A stretch of 64,000 nucleotides of DNA, from contig NC_092680.1 of NCBI RefSeq assembly GCF_964355755.1, forward strand, positions 13,897,045-13,961,044. The letters run 5' to 3'. Positions 27,282 through 41,024 of this stretch are shown in pieces. A program made the translations under genes and the position numbers. The DNA comes from Antedon mediterranea. Taxonomy: Eukaryota > Animalia > Echinodermata. How positions within the stretch are numbered: position 1 is the first letter of the stretch; every line of letters begins with the position of its first letter. The notes beneath the pieces are model-generated. The model saw nothing but the letters and a program-made list of their open reading frames with translations, searched no databases and was not told the origin of the DNA.

Positions 27282-30200
27282 GTTTTTAAGTTCCTAGTTT
27301 ACTACAGTCTTCATAGTAGACAACAAGTATTTAAGTTCCTAGTTTACTACAGTCTTCATAGTAGACAACAAGTATTTAAGTTCCTAGTTTACTACAGACT
27401 TCATAGTAGACAACAAGTATTTAAGTTCCTAGTTTACTACAGACTTCATAGTAGACAACAAGTATTTAAGTTCCTAGTTTACTACAGTCTTCATAGTAGA
27501 CACAAGTATTTAAGTTCCTAGTTTACTACAGACTTCATAGTAGACAACAAGTATTTAAGTTCCTAGTTTACTACAGTCTTTATAGTAGACAACAAGTATT
27601 TAAGTTCCTAGTTTACTACAGTCTTCATAGTAGACAACAAGTATTTAAGTTCCTAGTTTACTACAGACTTCATAGTAGACAACAAGTATTTAAGTTCCTA
27701 GTTTACTACAGACTTCATAGTAGACAACAAGTATTTAAGTTCCTAGTTTACTACAGTCTTCATAGTAGACAACAAGTATTTAAGTTCCTAGTTTACTACA
27801 GACTTCATAGTAGACAACAAGTATTTAAGTTCCTAGTTTACTACAGACTTCATAGTAGACAACAAGTATTTAAGTTCCTAGTTTACTACAGTCTTCATAG
27901 TAGACAACAAGTATTTAAGTTCCTAGTTTACTACAGTCTTCATAGTAGACAACAAGTATTTAAGTTCCTAGTTTACTACAGACTTCATAGTAGACAACAA
28001 GTATTTAAGTTCCTAGTTTACTACAGTCTTCATAGTAGACAACAAGTATTTAAGTTCCTAGTTTACTACAGACTTCATAGTAGACAACAAGTATTTAAGT
28101 TCCTAGTTTACTACAGACTTCATAGTAGACAACAAGTATTTAAGTTCCTAGTTTACTACAGACTTCATAGTAGACAACAAGTATTTAAGTTCCTAGTTTA
28201 CTACAGTCTTCATAGTAGACAACAAGTATTTAAGTTCCTAGTTTACTACAGACTTCATAGTAGACAACAAGTATTTAAGTTCCTAGTTTACTACAGACTT
28301 CATAGTAGACAACAAGTATTTAAGTTCCTAGTTTACTACAGACTTCATAGTAGACAACAAGTATTTAAGTTCCTAGTTTACTACAGACTTCATAGTAGAC
28401 AACAAGTATTTAAGTTCCTAGTTTACTACAGACTTCATAGTAGACAACAAGTATTTAAGTTCCTAGTTTACTACAGACTTCATAGTAGACAACAAGTATT
28501 TAAGTTCCTAGTTTACTACAGACTTCATAGTAGACAACAAGTATTTAAGTTCCTAGTTTACTACAGACTTCATAGTAGACAACAAGTATTTAAGTTCCTA
28601 GTTTACTACAGACTTCATAGTAGACAACAAGTATTTAAGTTCCTAGTTTACTACAGACTTCATAGTAGACAACAAGTATTTAAGTTCCTAGTTTACTACA
28701 GACTTCATAGTAGACAACAAGTATTTAAGTTCCTAGTTTACTACAGACTTCATAGTAGACAACAAGTATTTAAGTTCCTAGTTTACTACAGACTTCATAG
28801 TAGACAACAAGTATTTAAGTTCCTAGTTTACTACAGACTTCATAGTAGACAACAAGTATTTAAGTTCCTAGTTTACTACAGACTTCATAGTAGACAACAA
28901 GTATTTAAGTTCCTAGTTTACTACAGACTTCATAGTAGACAACAAGTATTTAAGTTCCTAGTTTACTACAGACTTCATAGTAGACAACAAGTATTTAAGT
29001 TCCTAGTTTACTACAGTCTTCATAGTAGACAACAAGTATTTAAGTTCCTAGTTTACTACAGACTTCATAGTAGACAACAAGTATTTAAGTTCCTAGTTTA
29101 CTACAGACTTCATAGTAGACAACAAGTATTTAAGTTCCTAGTTTACTACAGTCTTCATAGTAGAAAACAAGTATTTAAGTTCCTAGTTTACTACAGACTT
29201 CATAGTAGACAACAAGTATTTAAGTTCCTAGTTTACTACAGTCTTCATAGTAGACAACAAGTATTTAAGTTCCTAGTTTACTACAGACTTCATAGTAGAC
29301 AACAAGTATTTAAGTTCCTAGTTTACTACAGTCTTCATAGTAGACAACAAGTATTTAAGTTCCTAGTTTACTACAGTCTTCATAGTAGACACAAGTATTT
29401 AAGTTCCTAGTTTACTACAGACTTCATAGTAGACAACAAGTATTTAAGTTCCTAGTTTACTACAGTCTTCATAGTAGAAAACAAGTATTTAAGTTCCTAG
29501 TTTACTACAGACTTCATAGTAGACAACAAGTATTTAAGTTCCTAGTTTACTACAGACTTCATAGTAGACAACAAGTATTTAAGTTCCTAGTTTACTACAG
29601 TCTTCATAGTAGACAACAAGTATTTAAGTTCCTAGTTTACTACAGACTTCATAGTAGACAACAAGTATTTAAGTTCCTAGTTTACTACAGACTTCATAGT
29701 AGACAACAAGTATTTAAGTTCCTAGTTTACTACAGTCTTCATAGTAGACAACAAGTATTTAAGTTCCTAGTTTACTACAGTCTTCATAGTAGACAACAAG
29801 TATTTAAGTTCCTAGTTTACTACAGACTTCATAGTAGACAACAAGTATTTAAGTTCCTAGTTTACTACAGTCTTCATAGTAGACAACAAGTATTTAAGTT
29901 CCTAGTTTACTACAGACTTCATAGTAGACAACAAGTATTTAAGTTCCTAGTTTACTACAGACTTCATAGTAGACAACAAGTATTTAAGTTCCTAGTTTAC
30001 TACAGACTTCATAGTAGACAACAAGTATTTAAGTTCCTAGTTTACTACAGACTTCATAGTAGACAACAAGTATTTAAGTTCCTAGTTTACTACAGACTTC
30101 ATAGTAGACAGCAAGTATTTAAGTTCCTAGTTTACTACAGTCTTCATAGTAGACAACAAGTATTTAAGTTCCTAGTTTACTACAGTCTTCATAGTAGACA

Positions 30201-30413
30201 ACAAGTATTTAAGTTCCTAGTTTACTACAGTCTTCATAGTAGACAACAAGTATTTAAGTTCCTAGTTTACTACAGACTTCATAGTAGACAACAAGTATTT
30301 AAGTTCCTAGTTTACTACAGTCTTTATAGTAGACAACAAGTATTTAAGTTCCTAGTTTACTACAGACTTCATAGTAGACAACAAGTTTTTAAGTTCCTAG
30401 TTTACTACAGACT
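27282..30413. repeat. 45-bp minisatellite (TTTAAGTTCCTAGTTTACTACAGWCTTCATAGTAGACAACAAGTA)n, ~70 copies, in intron 1
   Basis: Highly homogeneous units with one common A/T polymorphic site; 1-bp deletions at ~27500 and ~29390. Confidence 0.98.
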
Positions 30414-31004
30414 GATGGGTTGACAAAAAAAAATGAAATTGGGGAGACCAGGGTCAACCTAAGTGAACTTAATCACTGTAGCTAAGCCGGTTGACCAAAC
30501 CCAAATCTCTTGTATTCTAACTATACGGTCCCGACTTGTGATTCAAGTGTAGTGTCTGCAGCGATCTTCGCCCGTAATTGACAAAATAGGACTGCTATGC
30601 TTGATGGCCTACAGTAGCTTGGTTATTATAAGAGGTCTAGGTGGATGTGGTGTATGGTCGCCCTCGTTGAATATACCAAAATTAATACTTGGCCTTTCAA
30701 ATACAAAATAATGTATAAGGGGCCTACTAATACTTAATAGATTAATGGGTGGCTTATAACCAAGTGCCTCATTTTACATGAAAATTAGTCACAAGTCGGG
30801 GGTGGGCTTAAACCCAAGTATGGGCTTCTACCTGCGTCAATAGACTTGCCCCAGCCCAAGTCTTTATTCATTGTCTTCAAAATATTTATCTTTTACTATC
30901 TAATATTAAGACAAAACTCCGTCTGAAACCCAGACTACCCGCGTCAGTACAGTACTAAAAACCATAATATCTAAAGTTCATACAATTGCCTACAAATTTA
31001 TTTA

Positions 31005-31490
31005 CTTTGTTCGTGGCTAAAAACGATTATTTTTGGCGATGTTTTAGACCCTATATTTCGAAAACTACAAGTCAGATTTTCATAATTCTTTCTTTATTTA
31101 AATATTGATACAAAATATCAACAGGCAATGTTGCTACAGTATTAACTTTTAATGTTGCATCGTTATCCCTACTGTAGCTAGGTAGTAGGCCTATATACAT
31201 GTGGGCCGGGTCAAATTAGGGAGTAATTAGTCATAATGTCGAATTCTCCTACCATGGACCAATAAATTAGATAGATCCATGCTCCTACCCTGCAATATGT
31301 AGGCCTACATACACTGTAGTTTAGTTTATGATCATGTAGGCCAGACTATAGTATATTTACACAAAGTATTTACTACTGATTGTTCCAAAAAAATAATGGA
31401 TATAATAAAACCATTATATCTGAAGAAAGAACAAGGATTAAAATTGTTATGCAAAAAGTCGAGCGGCGTTTTTTGTAAGAAATATTTCTT
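31005..31490. repeat. Dispersed composite repeat (hAT-like end plus adjoining repeat)
   Basis: 31005-31172 matches 37010-37180. 31090-31490 is the reverse complement of 52261-52415 plus 53101-53317. Confidence 0.7.
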
Positions 31491-31921
31491 GTTTATATTG
31501 ACAGGAGTAACACAGTTTCTCATGTTTTATTATGGGAAAAATAAATTTTAAATTGGAACAAAATGCATGAAACTGTAGTTCCTTTCTGTTTTAGCATATA
31601 GTGTACGGTTTCTAAAAAGATCGGACATTCATCAGTAGACTTATAGTCACTATCACTTTATATTAAATTTGTTTATTCTATTATTATTATTATAGGATAA
31701 GATATAATGTTTTTCATTGAACTGGCAGTTTCAAATGGGTGGTTTCAATGTCTCAATACCAAAATCTATAGAAGATATAGTCCTAGCAAAGTTTTCAACC
31801 AGTTGTTAATTTAAGGCTTATTAACGTACAGATTGTCGGTATTTGTAACATGTAAAATGTTTTTAATTCAGTTCAAAAACTCATTTATAATTAATTAGTG
31901 TATTGATTATGACCATAAATA

Positions 31922-32178
31922 TTGTCGGCAAAATGTAACCTGTTTTCTGCCAATCAATTGTATGTCGGCCAATCGTATAAATGGCAGAAAAGTACCATGT
32001 TAGCCAATTTTCTGTCGACAAAATTTCTTGTCGATCGAGTGTCTGTTGGTCAATTGTCTGTCAGCAAAATGGTTTTCAGCGAAATGACCTTTGCAGTCGA
32101 AATGTCTTGTCGATCAAATATCCGGTCGAATAATATTCTGTCGTCCAGTAGTGGCATTTGGTAAAACTTCCAGTCACC
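31922..32178. repeat. Degenerate ~15-bp periodic repeat (TGTCGGCAAAATG-like), probable subterminal array of a foldback DNA element
   Basis: Recurrent TGTCGRYMAA motifs at roughly 15-bp spacing. Confidence 0.45.
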
Positions 32179-33123
32179 TGTTATTCAACCAAAGTGCAAT
32201 TGAAATTGTTTATTTACACAAATAATCACAAATAAAATATTGTGTACTTTACATGATGCTTGGATTATTGATTTTAATTTCTTCTTTTCTAGTGCATGGA
32301 ATCTGTGCAATTTGTTTTTCCGTGTTCTGGACCCCAATGGAATTTAGTATTTTACTTTTTGGGATATCCTTTTAACTCAAGTCTCCTGCTGTACTTATTT
32401 TATAATTGTTTTATGTTTATATTGTATGTATCTGTGTGACTCTATGCTAAGACTAAGAGAGCCCACCATATGAAAACAACCCCAATTCCAGTAGACAACG
32501 TGAAGGGATTTAGATATGTGTACTACATATACCAGTTTGTTGGCTGAGCGAAGGAGGACTTTTCTATTTTTTCTGCTGGTAGAAATGCTGTATAGTCCGA
32601 AAAGAGCTGGTCCAACACATTCTGTTTATTGTGCCAGGCATGACGTTGAGTTCATCGTAATATTGTTCTTGATTACAAAAATAACACTAGATTTCCGTTC
32701 GTAAGACGTACTGTGTATAAAAAGGACAAAACGAAACCACATGTTTTTATGCTCGACTTCAGTATCGGCCATTTTCACACAAAACGTTGTTACAATAAAA
32801 AAAATCGCTCGAATCTTGATTGAGCTGGAAGACGTACTACTATATGTAATGGACCATGTGTATTTCACCCTCCACTACACAGTACAGTATCGGCCGTGTC
32901 TACAGCATTATATCTGACGTTTTTGGTACGTTATCACAAAATAGTGTATTATTAAAAATTATGTTGTTGACAGGTTTTATATATTGAAATCAATTGTGTT
33001 GCGTAGCACTGTGTAAATTATATATAAATAATACTGTCAAATTATTGAACCATTGAAACAGTACTCATATTGTTTCAATGTATCAATAATTTGACAATAT
33101 GATTTTTATATATATATATATAT

Positions 33124-33262
33124 AAATCCAAAGGCAAATTACTGAAAAAAATGACAATGCTGTGGGTATCAGTGGCTGGATCTCAATGGAGATACAAAAA
33201 TAAAAAGCGAAAAGCTAAATCAAAACGATAAAGTAAACAGCCAGAAAAGTTAGCAGAGCTTT
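33124..33262 (-). mobile_element. Penelope-like terminal-repeat fragment inserted in (TA)n
   Basis: Near-identical reverse complement of 59548-59686; bounded by (TA)n on both sides; truncated inside the hammerhead (AAAGCTCTGC). Confidence 0.75.
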
Positions 33263-33280
33263 ATATATATATATATATAT

Positions 33281-33526
33281 GGATGGGAGTAGGGAATCCC
33301 GAAAATTTACTATGTGAAGAGAAACAACATTATCTTCCTGTTAGACTTGCCATTTTCACAGTCTTGTTTACAACATAGAAATACCACTGGATTCTTGCTC
33401 AAGCTTAAAAACATACTGCATGAAATATTTCTTTCTGTAAACAAATATCTATATCTAACTGACTCGGCCTATGCCAGTTTTGTGGTGCATTTCATTTCAA
33501 AGCGTGAGCTGCACTGACTAGATCTA
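33281..33526 (+). mobile_element. Non-LTR retrozyme-like monomer, truncated inside the hammerhead
   Basis: The last ~70 nt align with 59872-59948 and end in GAGCTGCA-CTGACTA-GATCTA; flanked by TA repeats. Confidence 0.65.
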
Positions 33527-34784
33527 TATAAAAGGCAAGCACAAAAAGTTTGTCTTCTAAGCACGCCGCAGTACATCATCCAATCGGTATTTTTTTCTTT
33601 TTGAACATTAGATTATGGACGGTACCTAAAACTTGCAGTGTATTTAAAAAATAGTGTAAAATGTCCACTGTATTTATGAGAAAAATGAGACTTCAATTGC
33701 GAATACATCTGACAAGTTTTCGGGGCGCGGTTGAAGTGGGGCTCACACCCAACAAAGATGGGTAATGCTACAATAGTATTGATATAAAACCGCCCAATGG
33801 TACTCGGGTATCTTATATTTACTGTTTATTTTTCAGAGTTTTAGGCCTACATTGTAGACAAATAAGATACTGTTATACGTTATTCAAGCAATCTGGATAC
33901 AGTGGTTATTTAAACATATGCTTGCGTTGTTAAAAAAAGGCACATTAGCGTAGTCTACTAGAATAAGGTTTGTTTTGTTATGGTGGGCTCCCTAACAATT
34001 GGACACAAAATTGTTAAATTCATGAGACTAAAATTTGTATTGTTATTTACTATAAGTTATTTACTGTATCTTCAATTTGATGAATGTGCGGAAGAAAATA
34101 ATTTGTGGCTCTACATAAATGATCATACACTAACTAAATTCAACATCAAGGCAAATTTAAAAAATATAATACCTGGCACTGGAAATACGTATGTAGATCA
34201 TGTGTTTTCAATTGGTTTGCTAAGCATATACAAAGCTAATGTATTAAAACAACTAAATAAATGGAAATATGCCTCACTTCATCATCTCTTTATAAATGAA
34301 AAAAATATAAGAAAATCGAATTATCAATGCTATAAACAACAATTATGTATAAAAATAATCAAACGTATTACTTACCTGAAAAACTGTATAAATAAAAAAA
34401 TGAATGTTTTTTTGAAACACTATCCGTAAGGTATAATATTATAAAGTTTATTTTAATGTATGTGCAATATTTATATACAGTACTATAAAAAGATTGTTTG
34501 TGTGCTGTCTTGTTCTATAATATTATTTCATTATATTATATAATAATGAATTTTTGTATATACATTAATGAATGAATAAAGATGGGAGAGACTCATAAAA
34601 GAAAAAAAAATCTTCAATTTGATAAAAGAAAAGCCAAAAAATAGATACCAAATGGTACCAATGGTAATAAGGGCGAAGTTTATAATATACTGTATAATGA
34701 ATTGCTCCCTACAGTACTGTAGTAGATTTGGTGATTATCATAGTACTGTAGTACTTTATTGTCTTCATTTCCTTTTTTTTATAG

Positions 34785-34871
34785 GATTTTGTAAAATTAT
34801 GGACTGTACTTCGTCAATCAACTTTATATTTTTACACACACAAAGTGACAAACTCCAACAGAGACAGTACG
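34785..34871 (+). CDS. STAP1: STAP-family adaptor, exon 2 (DFVKLWTVLRQSTLYFYTHKVTNSNRDST)
   Basis: Polypyrimidine tract-ATAG| to ACG|GTAAGT, 87 nt, phase 0. W..LR..TLYFY is PH beta2-3 (STAP1 YWTELRGTTLFFY, recalled). Confidence 0.92.
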
Positions 34872-35524
34872 GTAAGTGAATGAATTAGGATGGTAAGCCA
34901 GGGGAAATGCCCTTTTAAGGGGACATCTGCAAAAAGTAGTATTTTAAAATACATCTAATTTGTTTTTTTGTTGTTGGTATTTGTATTTGTGTTCAAACTA
35001 AATAAATTCAAGTTAGGGCCTCCACGAACCCACAGTAAGCTACAAGATCAGCACACCGGGAGACAATCCTATACTCTTTGCGAATAGTGTACAAAGTTCT
35101 TTAATTAAAAAATGATATGTCACTGTGTCACTCGGGGAAAAAAAATATAGTATTGCTGATTGCTCTGTGCGCAATACAATAGAAGAGTGTCATTTCCGGG
35201 CCAACTAGTCTAGTTGGAGGTGCCATTTTATGCTGAATTTTATGTGCCAATGGTCGGAATAGTAGATTAAATACCACATCCCTATTGCAAAATTCTAGAT
35301 CTGGCCCTGCTTATCATAATCAAATTCATGTGACTTGTAGATATTGCCATCTAATTTTATAATTATATCTTTACCATAATAATCCTATTAAAATAAGTAA
35401 GGTTGGTATTAATATACAATAATATACAAATAATGAATGTTTATGAGTGTAATGGTACAAATAATGACATGAGGTGAACGATGAAAGGTTATATATCAAA
35501 GAGGCGACAGCAAAATGCCATTAT

Positions 35525-37180
35525 TAGGGATACCGAGAGCTGACTCCATTTTCATTACCATGATTAAACAGCGTGCATGTTACTATGCACGCAAAGTCAG
35601 TGACGCTGTGTTTTTCTTCTTTGGTAAACACTTTTTATTAGGTCATTATTCTGAAAATAAATTAATTATAAAAATATTCTTTTGAGTGAATATTTATTTA
35701 CCTATTATTGTATAAGATCAAGTATTTTTTATTTCCATTTCATTCAACCAAACATGTGAATATAGTGGTTAAAAGATCGTCATCGTCGCGTATAGCTTTT
35801 TATTATTGACTGGTATATCTTTATTCAAAAATTAAAACAACAAATTTACAAAAAACAAAATTCATAAAATATAGCAGCATATAGGGACGCATGCGTCCCA
35901 AGCTGAATTGCATTTCATGATAACATTAAAATAAGTGATTACAATTTAAAAAAAAAAAAAAAAAAAGGATCGAAGGGCGCAACTCGCAAATTAAATTCGT
36001 CGATTAAGTTAATCAAATAAGGTAGAGGACTGTTACTATGACGCACTGTATTACAATTGACATTGCGAATCCTGTCGGCATTGCGGGTGTTGTATTTGTG
36101 CACAACATTACCCCTGGAAGGAAGAAGTGAGAACAATTTAGACTGAGGATTCAAGATGGATTTAGCAAAGGCAATACATAGGTCCCGACGCCTGTGACTC
36201 AGACCATCCAGGCGCAACGTGACCAAAGCATCGTCATAACCAGTATAATTCCTACCCAAAACAATTCTACAGGCACGTTTCTGGACCCGTTCGATTGCAT
36301 TAATGTGATCAATTGTAAGACCACCATTCCAAATGGGTACCGCATATTCTAAAACTGGTCGTACCGCACCTACATACACTGACACAAGATCATCAGAAGG
36401 AACACCACAACGTTTAAGCGTTCTCAAAGAGTAAAGTTTGCTATTACTGCAAAGCCCTCTGACAGCTCAATGACCTACCATTTTCGCCCTTATATTTGTA
36501 GTTGGGACTCTTATGACCTCAAAATGTTTTTTCTTCCTACACCAAGATAATGTAGTTCCACATACCATGTGCTTAATTGTTAAAATATTAATTTTTTTTA
36601 ACAGTTATATCCGGATATGAGGCCTTTATGATTAAAATATTTCATAGTAACAAACCCATATACCATGAAAAATATCCGTTTTGTCCATTTTTAAAATAGT
36701 TTTTGGAAAATTCTGAGGGGCTCAACTACAAAAACGCCATTTTGTGATATGATGTCATCGTAAGCCAATCAAACCTCCGTCTTCGACCACTCCGCAGGGC
36801 TCACCGTTGAACGATTTTGGATTCTCGCCCTTTGATTGGTTGATGCGAATCAACACACAGAGGAAGAATTTTCTTACAAGGAGCACAGGAAAATAATGCA
36901 TTGAAATTCTTCGAATGAGGTTAAATAAACACTCTTTTTTATATAATTATTTTTACGTAAAATGACTAGTTCATACAATTGTCGACTGAGGGCGCAATTT
37001 GTTTACATCGTTCATGGCTAAAACGATCATTTTCGGCAATGTTTTAAACCCTATATTTCGAAAACTACAAGTCATATTTTCATAATTCTTTTTTTATTAT
37101 AATATTGATACAAAATATCAACAGGCAATGTATAATTTGTTTTAAAAATATTAACTTTTAATTTTACATCGTTATCCCTA
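35525..37180. mobile_element. Non-autonomous hAT-like element with TSD, carrying a nested LINE fragment
   Basis: Termini TAGGGATA / TATCCCTA; CCATTAT(T) duplicated on both sides; empty site visible at ~25070. Related partial copy at ~62040-62410. Confidence 0.8.
35820..36450 (-). mobile_element. L2/CR1-group LINE ORF2 C-terminal fragment
   Basis: ORF 35939-36427: LKRCGV..DL..VY...VRPVLEYA.P.W...LT.....IERVQKRACR.....Y..AL..L.L..L..RR. Confidence 0.88.
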
Positions 37181-37313
37181 CCATTATTTGTACCATTACA
37201 CGAATATAAAACATTAATTATTTGTTTTATATAACATCTAAATAGATTCCTGTCATTTGAATCAAGCCTACACTTGATTCACATTGAATTGTTTAAACAT
37301 TAACATTTGGTTT

Positions 37314-38018
37314 TTACTCTTATCTGGGTACCCGAGTCTAGGACTCTCTCATCTTCTCCTCCTCCTCTTCCATCTGGACACTATTGAGCCAACTTTCAAG
37401 TCCTACTAGTTCTTTACGCGTCGTCCGACGGCTCTGAAACATAGCATGCATATACTATGGTAATAGGTGAACAAAGCTATAGAGAGAAAATTGTTGTACT
37501 TCAGCCGGATGCAGTATTATGACATAATAAACATGGTACCAATCGAAAAAAAGTACGATTTATAAAGTACTACTCCTTATTCGTTGTAGTATCCAGCTGG
37601 GATTTGGCATGGGTATACTAGAGGGACATGCTATAGCCGGATTTTTTAATTTCAAACCGGATGCAGCCATATGACTTCTCGAAGATGGTACCTTGGTTGG
37701 TACAATTTTCGTCGTAATATAGCCGTGTTTGGTGTCGTTTCAAAGGTCTTGATTGGAGAATAAGAATATATACAGTAAACCTATTTATGATAATTGATAT
37801 TGTTATGTCACTTATGCTCCCGGAAATAGCAAAAAAATCACTTTGAGATTTCATAATTTACCGTAATTATGCCATTTCCGGTTATGTGACGTAACTTTTC
37901 GAAATATAGCCATATTTGGTAGCGAGGTTATTAATGTGTATGTGATGTTACATCCCGTCTTATGACGTCATTACAGCTTCTTTTGCTGTACCCCGAGTAT
38001 CACACATTTATGCTTGTT
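37314..38018 (-). mobile_element. Helentron/DINE-1-like non-autonomous element
   Basis: Palindromic GGGTACCC-GAGT end followed by a (CTC/CTT)n tract. Motif CCCGAGT recurs near the other end, which finishes in CTTGTT. Confidence 0.5.
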
Positions 38019-38229
38019 AATAATTATATTTATTATTATTTAATAATAATAATCAAGGTTTATTTATTTCAATGGTTCTTGCAGTTAAAAAAAACTGAAT
38101 AATAAAAAATAATAATTGGATACATAATATAAAAACATTTAACATTAAAATTAACATCTCCATTAATCAACAACATACAATTACAATTTAAAATACATTA
38201 TAATTATATATTAAAATACAATTATTAAA

Positions 38230-38585
38230 ACAGAAATTTGGAACTGTTTGGTATTGAATAATATAAGATTGCCCGCGAATATGAATTGTAGTAAATTGCA
38301 TTAGGCCCGGTTATTTAAAATATTTACGAGGTAGGGAATGGGGCTACGTTTGTATCGTTCTGTTTTGACACTGGGCATCGTATGGTGTTTCCTATCAAAT
38401 TGTACTTATGGGTTTCTTCTCTTAGTGGTGGTAACCATTCTTTAAATTCAGAATTAAGTATGTACCAAACTTAATACAAAATTCGTTTCTTCGTTCCTTA
38501 AGGGGTTGTAATTTTAAAATCGAACAAGCTGCTTCATATGAGACATAATTGTGACCTAAGATGATTCGACACGCACGTTCAGTAA
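38230..38585 (-). mobile_element. Second L2/CR1-group LINE 3' fragment (decayed)
   Basis: ERACRIILGHNYVSYEAACSILKLQPLKERRNEFCIKFG, homologous to the 35939 ORF. Confidence 0.75.
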
Positions 38586-39188
38586 ATTCAAATGACAAGA
38601 ACATGTTCAGACATGTGTACTATTGTCGTCGTGGTGACACATTTGGCAGACCCTTTGGGGGTCCACCGTTTGGCATGGTAAAATTGGATGCCTTTTAATA
38701 GATTTTTAGATTCCATACATGCCAACATTCCCGTTTTTTGACTCGTCTCCCGGCGAAATATTTTGCTCCCGTTTTTCCACATTTTCTCCTGTATTACAAA
38801 GATAAAGAATTTGGATGTATATGTGTGGTTCTGCATTAAAATATAACAAAAAGGCTTTAAACACAAGCAAATTTACGATATTTAAGCTATGAAAGGAAAT
38901 GGGACTTCCCTCACATAGCCACCACGCGATATCGCTTGTGTGTCACTGCACTCCTTACCCCTCGATAATAGATAGAGGGTACTGTTGACTTTTAAAAACG
39001 CCATCTTCCGTTCATTAAACTTCAGATGTTTATGTATTTAATTCTAAAACCTACATGTGTTTGACACAATATTACAGCTGCAGCCCTAAGTTCCCTGATT
39101 AATAAACAGGTAGTGTGTGGTCAGTGTGAATGGCTGGTTATCGACCACTCGCAGCTTGTTTGCCCTGTACTGTTTTAAGGTACAGTAA

Positions 39189-39475
39189 GGGTGTGTGGCC
39201 ACAGTGCTGGACGTTGGACTACTGATCGTGAGATCGCGGTTTGAATCCAACTCTCGCCGCATTGCTTGTATCCTTAAGGCAAGATACTTTACTTACGTTT
39301 GCCTTTCTCCACCCTGGTGTATAAATGGGTACCCGGTTTAGATCAAGACAAAACTTTGCGCAGATTACTAGCTGCATTATGGGAGTATGTTTCCATACGT
39401 GTTTGAGGCAAAAATGACCGGGATAATAATGTTCAGCTTCTTAGAGGTTTCACAACATTAGGCGCTATATAAATT
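39189..39475 (+). mobile_element. tRNA-derived SINE family 1, copy 2
   Basis: Colinear with the reverse complement of 5975-6266; degenerate B box GGTTTGAATCC. Confidence 0.85.
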
Positions 39476-40312
39476 CACTTCCCAAAATGGATTTCTCCGT
39501 GCATGACACAAACATGTTTGAACGTCGACGTTTTGTTTTGATATTCAAAAAGAATAGCTAGCCATCTGTCTGACACAAACGTGTGTTAACAACTGGCTTT
39601 GTTTTAAAAGGTGTGTTATAAAACTGTGCTCTAGCTTATGAATATTAATGAGGTGCATAATGAGAATGGTTGATTGTCAAAAACGTTTGAATGATGGCAA
39701 GTATCTGAAACATGTCATTTGTAAAATTTACCAAAAGTGCCTGATAAACACAGCTAATATATAAAAGCTGTAAATCAAAACAAATAGTGAAGGAATGCTG
39801 TGGTTTGTATTATTCAATGCATGTTTTTATTATATTGTGTTTGCTTCAAATAGTGAACTTTGCTGCATATTCTGTTGTTGTGAAATTCATTTCGTAATAA
39901 CTTATGTTCCTTTCTATTGTGAAGAGCAAAACTTGTGATGGTATCTAGGCCAAATCTAGTATTACTAAAAAGCCTTTCAATTTTAACACACTGAACCATT
40001 GTGTCAAGGATAGTAATACATGTATTGGCCATTGAAGTTAGTATTTACTGTTTATTTGGGTACAAAATTCTTGATCCATTCTAAGGTATCTTCAATTCAT
40101 TATACTTGTTATACTGATAATTATATATTTTAAAATGAAGTACCAGTAGAGGGTTACAGCACTGTAATACCCTGTGTGCATTTAATCCTTTAATATTAAT
40201 CAGATAAAACCCCAAATAAAACCACAGGATGGCAGATGGGCCATGGTTACAAAATCCACTTTAAAAATTGCCTTTTTAATTTACAAAGTGAAGTACTATT
40301 TTGTCTGTATAA

Positions 40313-40837
40313 AGCCCTTTCACATAGAATTGCGGCAATAAGCAAGCCGGTATTATTGCCGGTCTAGACCCATTCACACAGAAGGTAATATTACGGTAAT
40401 TTGAATAATAAAATGTCACATCTAAGGCGCAATATTAAAAGATAATTACTGTCTTCATAAAATAGAGGTCGCACTTTTTTAGAAAAAAAAATGGCAGGCA
40501 CCGCTGAGGAAACATGACTGAGGAAGTGTTTGCTGCTGCTGTTGTGTGTCCGTTTAGTTTTTTTTGTTTTTATTTACGCTGCATAAAACCTATATTTTTG
40601 CCTAACGCCACTCCGTGCTAATAACAGTCCGATCATGATGGCCATCTATAGAAACAAAATCTATTAGGCTTACAAATAGATGCGAATTTAATGCGCACGC
40701 ACTGGAGGATGTTCCCTGCTAGAACTATACTAACTAGGGCCTTAGCTTACGTTTACAGCATGTTAAATAATCTTTGGACCAACATTACTATATTAATATT
40801 ATTTGCTGTGTTCTTCCATTGTATTATTTACACACTA

Positions 40838-40877
<40 letters not shown>

Positions 40878-40884
40878 TAGTGTG

Positions 40885-40956
<72 letters not shown>

Positions 40957-40978
40957 ATATATATATATATATATATAT

Positions 40979-41024
<46 letters not shown>

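Noticed and set aside
1-30413. CRISPR arrays (33-, 31- and 45-bp repeats)
   Set aside because: Units are contiguous with no unique spacers, there are no cas genes, and the context is eukaryotic with spliceosomal introns.
27273-30413. Repetitive protein (FKFLVYYRLHSRQQV)n
   Set aside because: No ATG or splice support, frame broken by 1-bp deletions, lies in intron 1.
33980-34429. 149-aa ORF
   Set aside because: AT-rich Ile/Lys/Asn-biased translation with no recognisable motif; probably chance or decayed repeat. A homology search would be needed to exclude it fully.
34619-34879. ORF-track proteins overlapping exons 2 and 5 (34619-34879, 62523-62741, 62498-62725)
   Set aside because: Wrong frame or strand relative to the STAP reading frame defined by splice sites and motifs.
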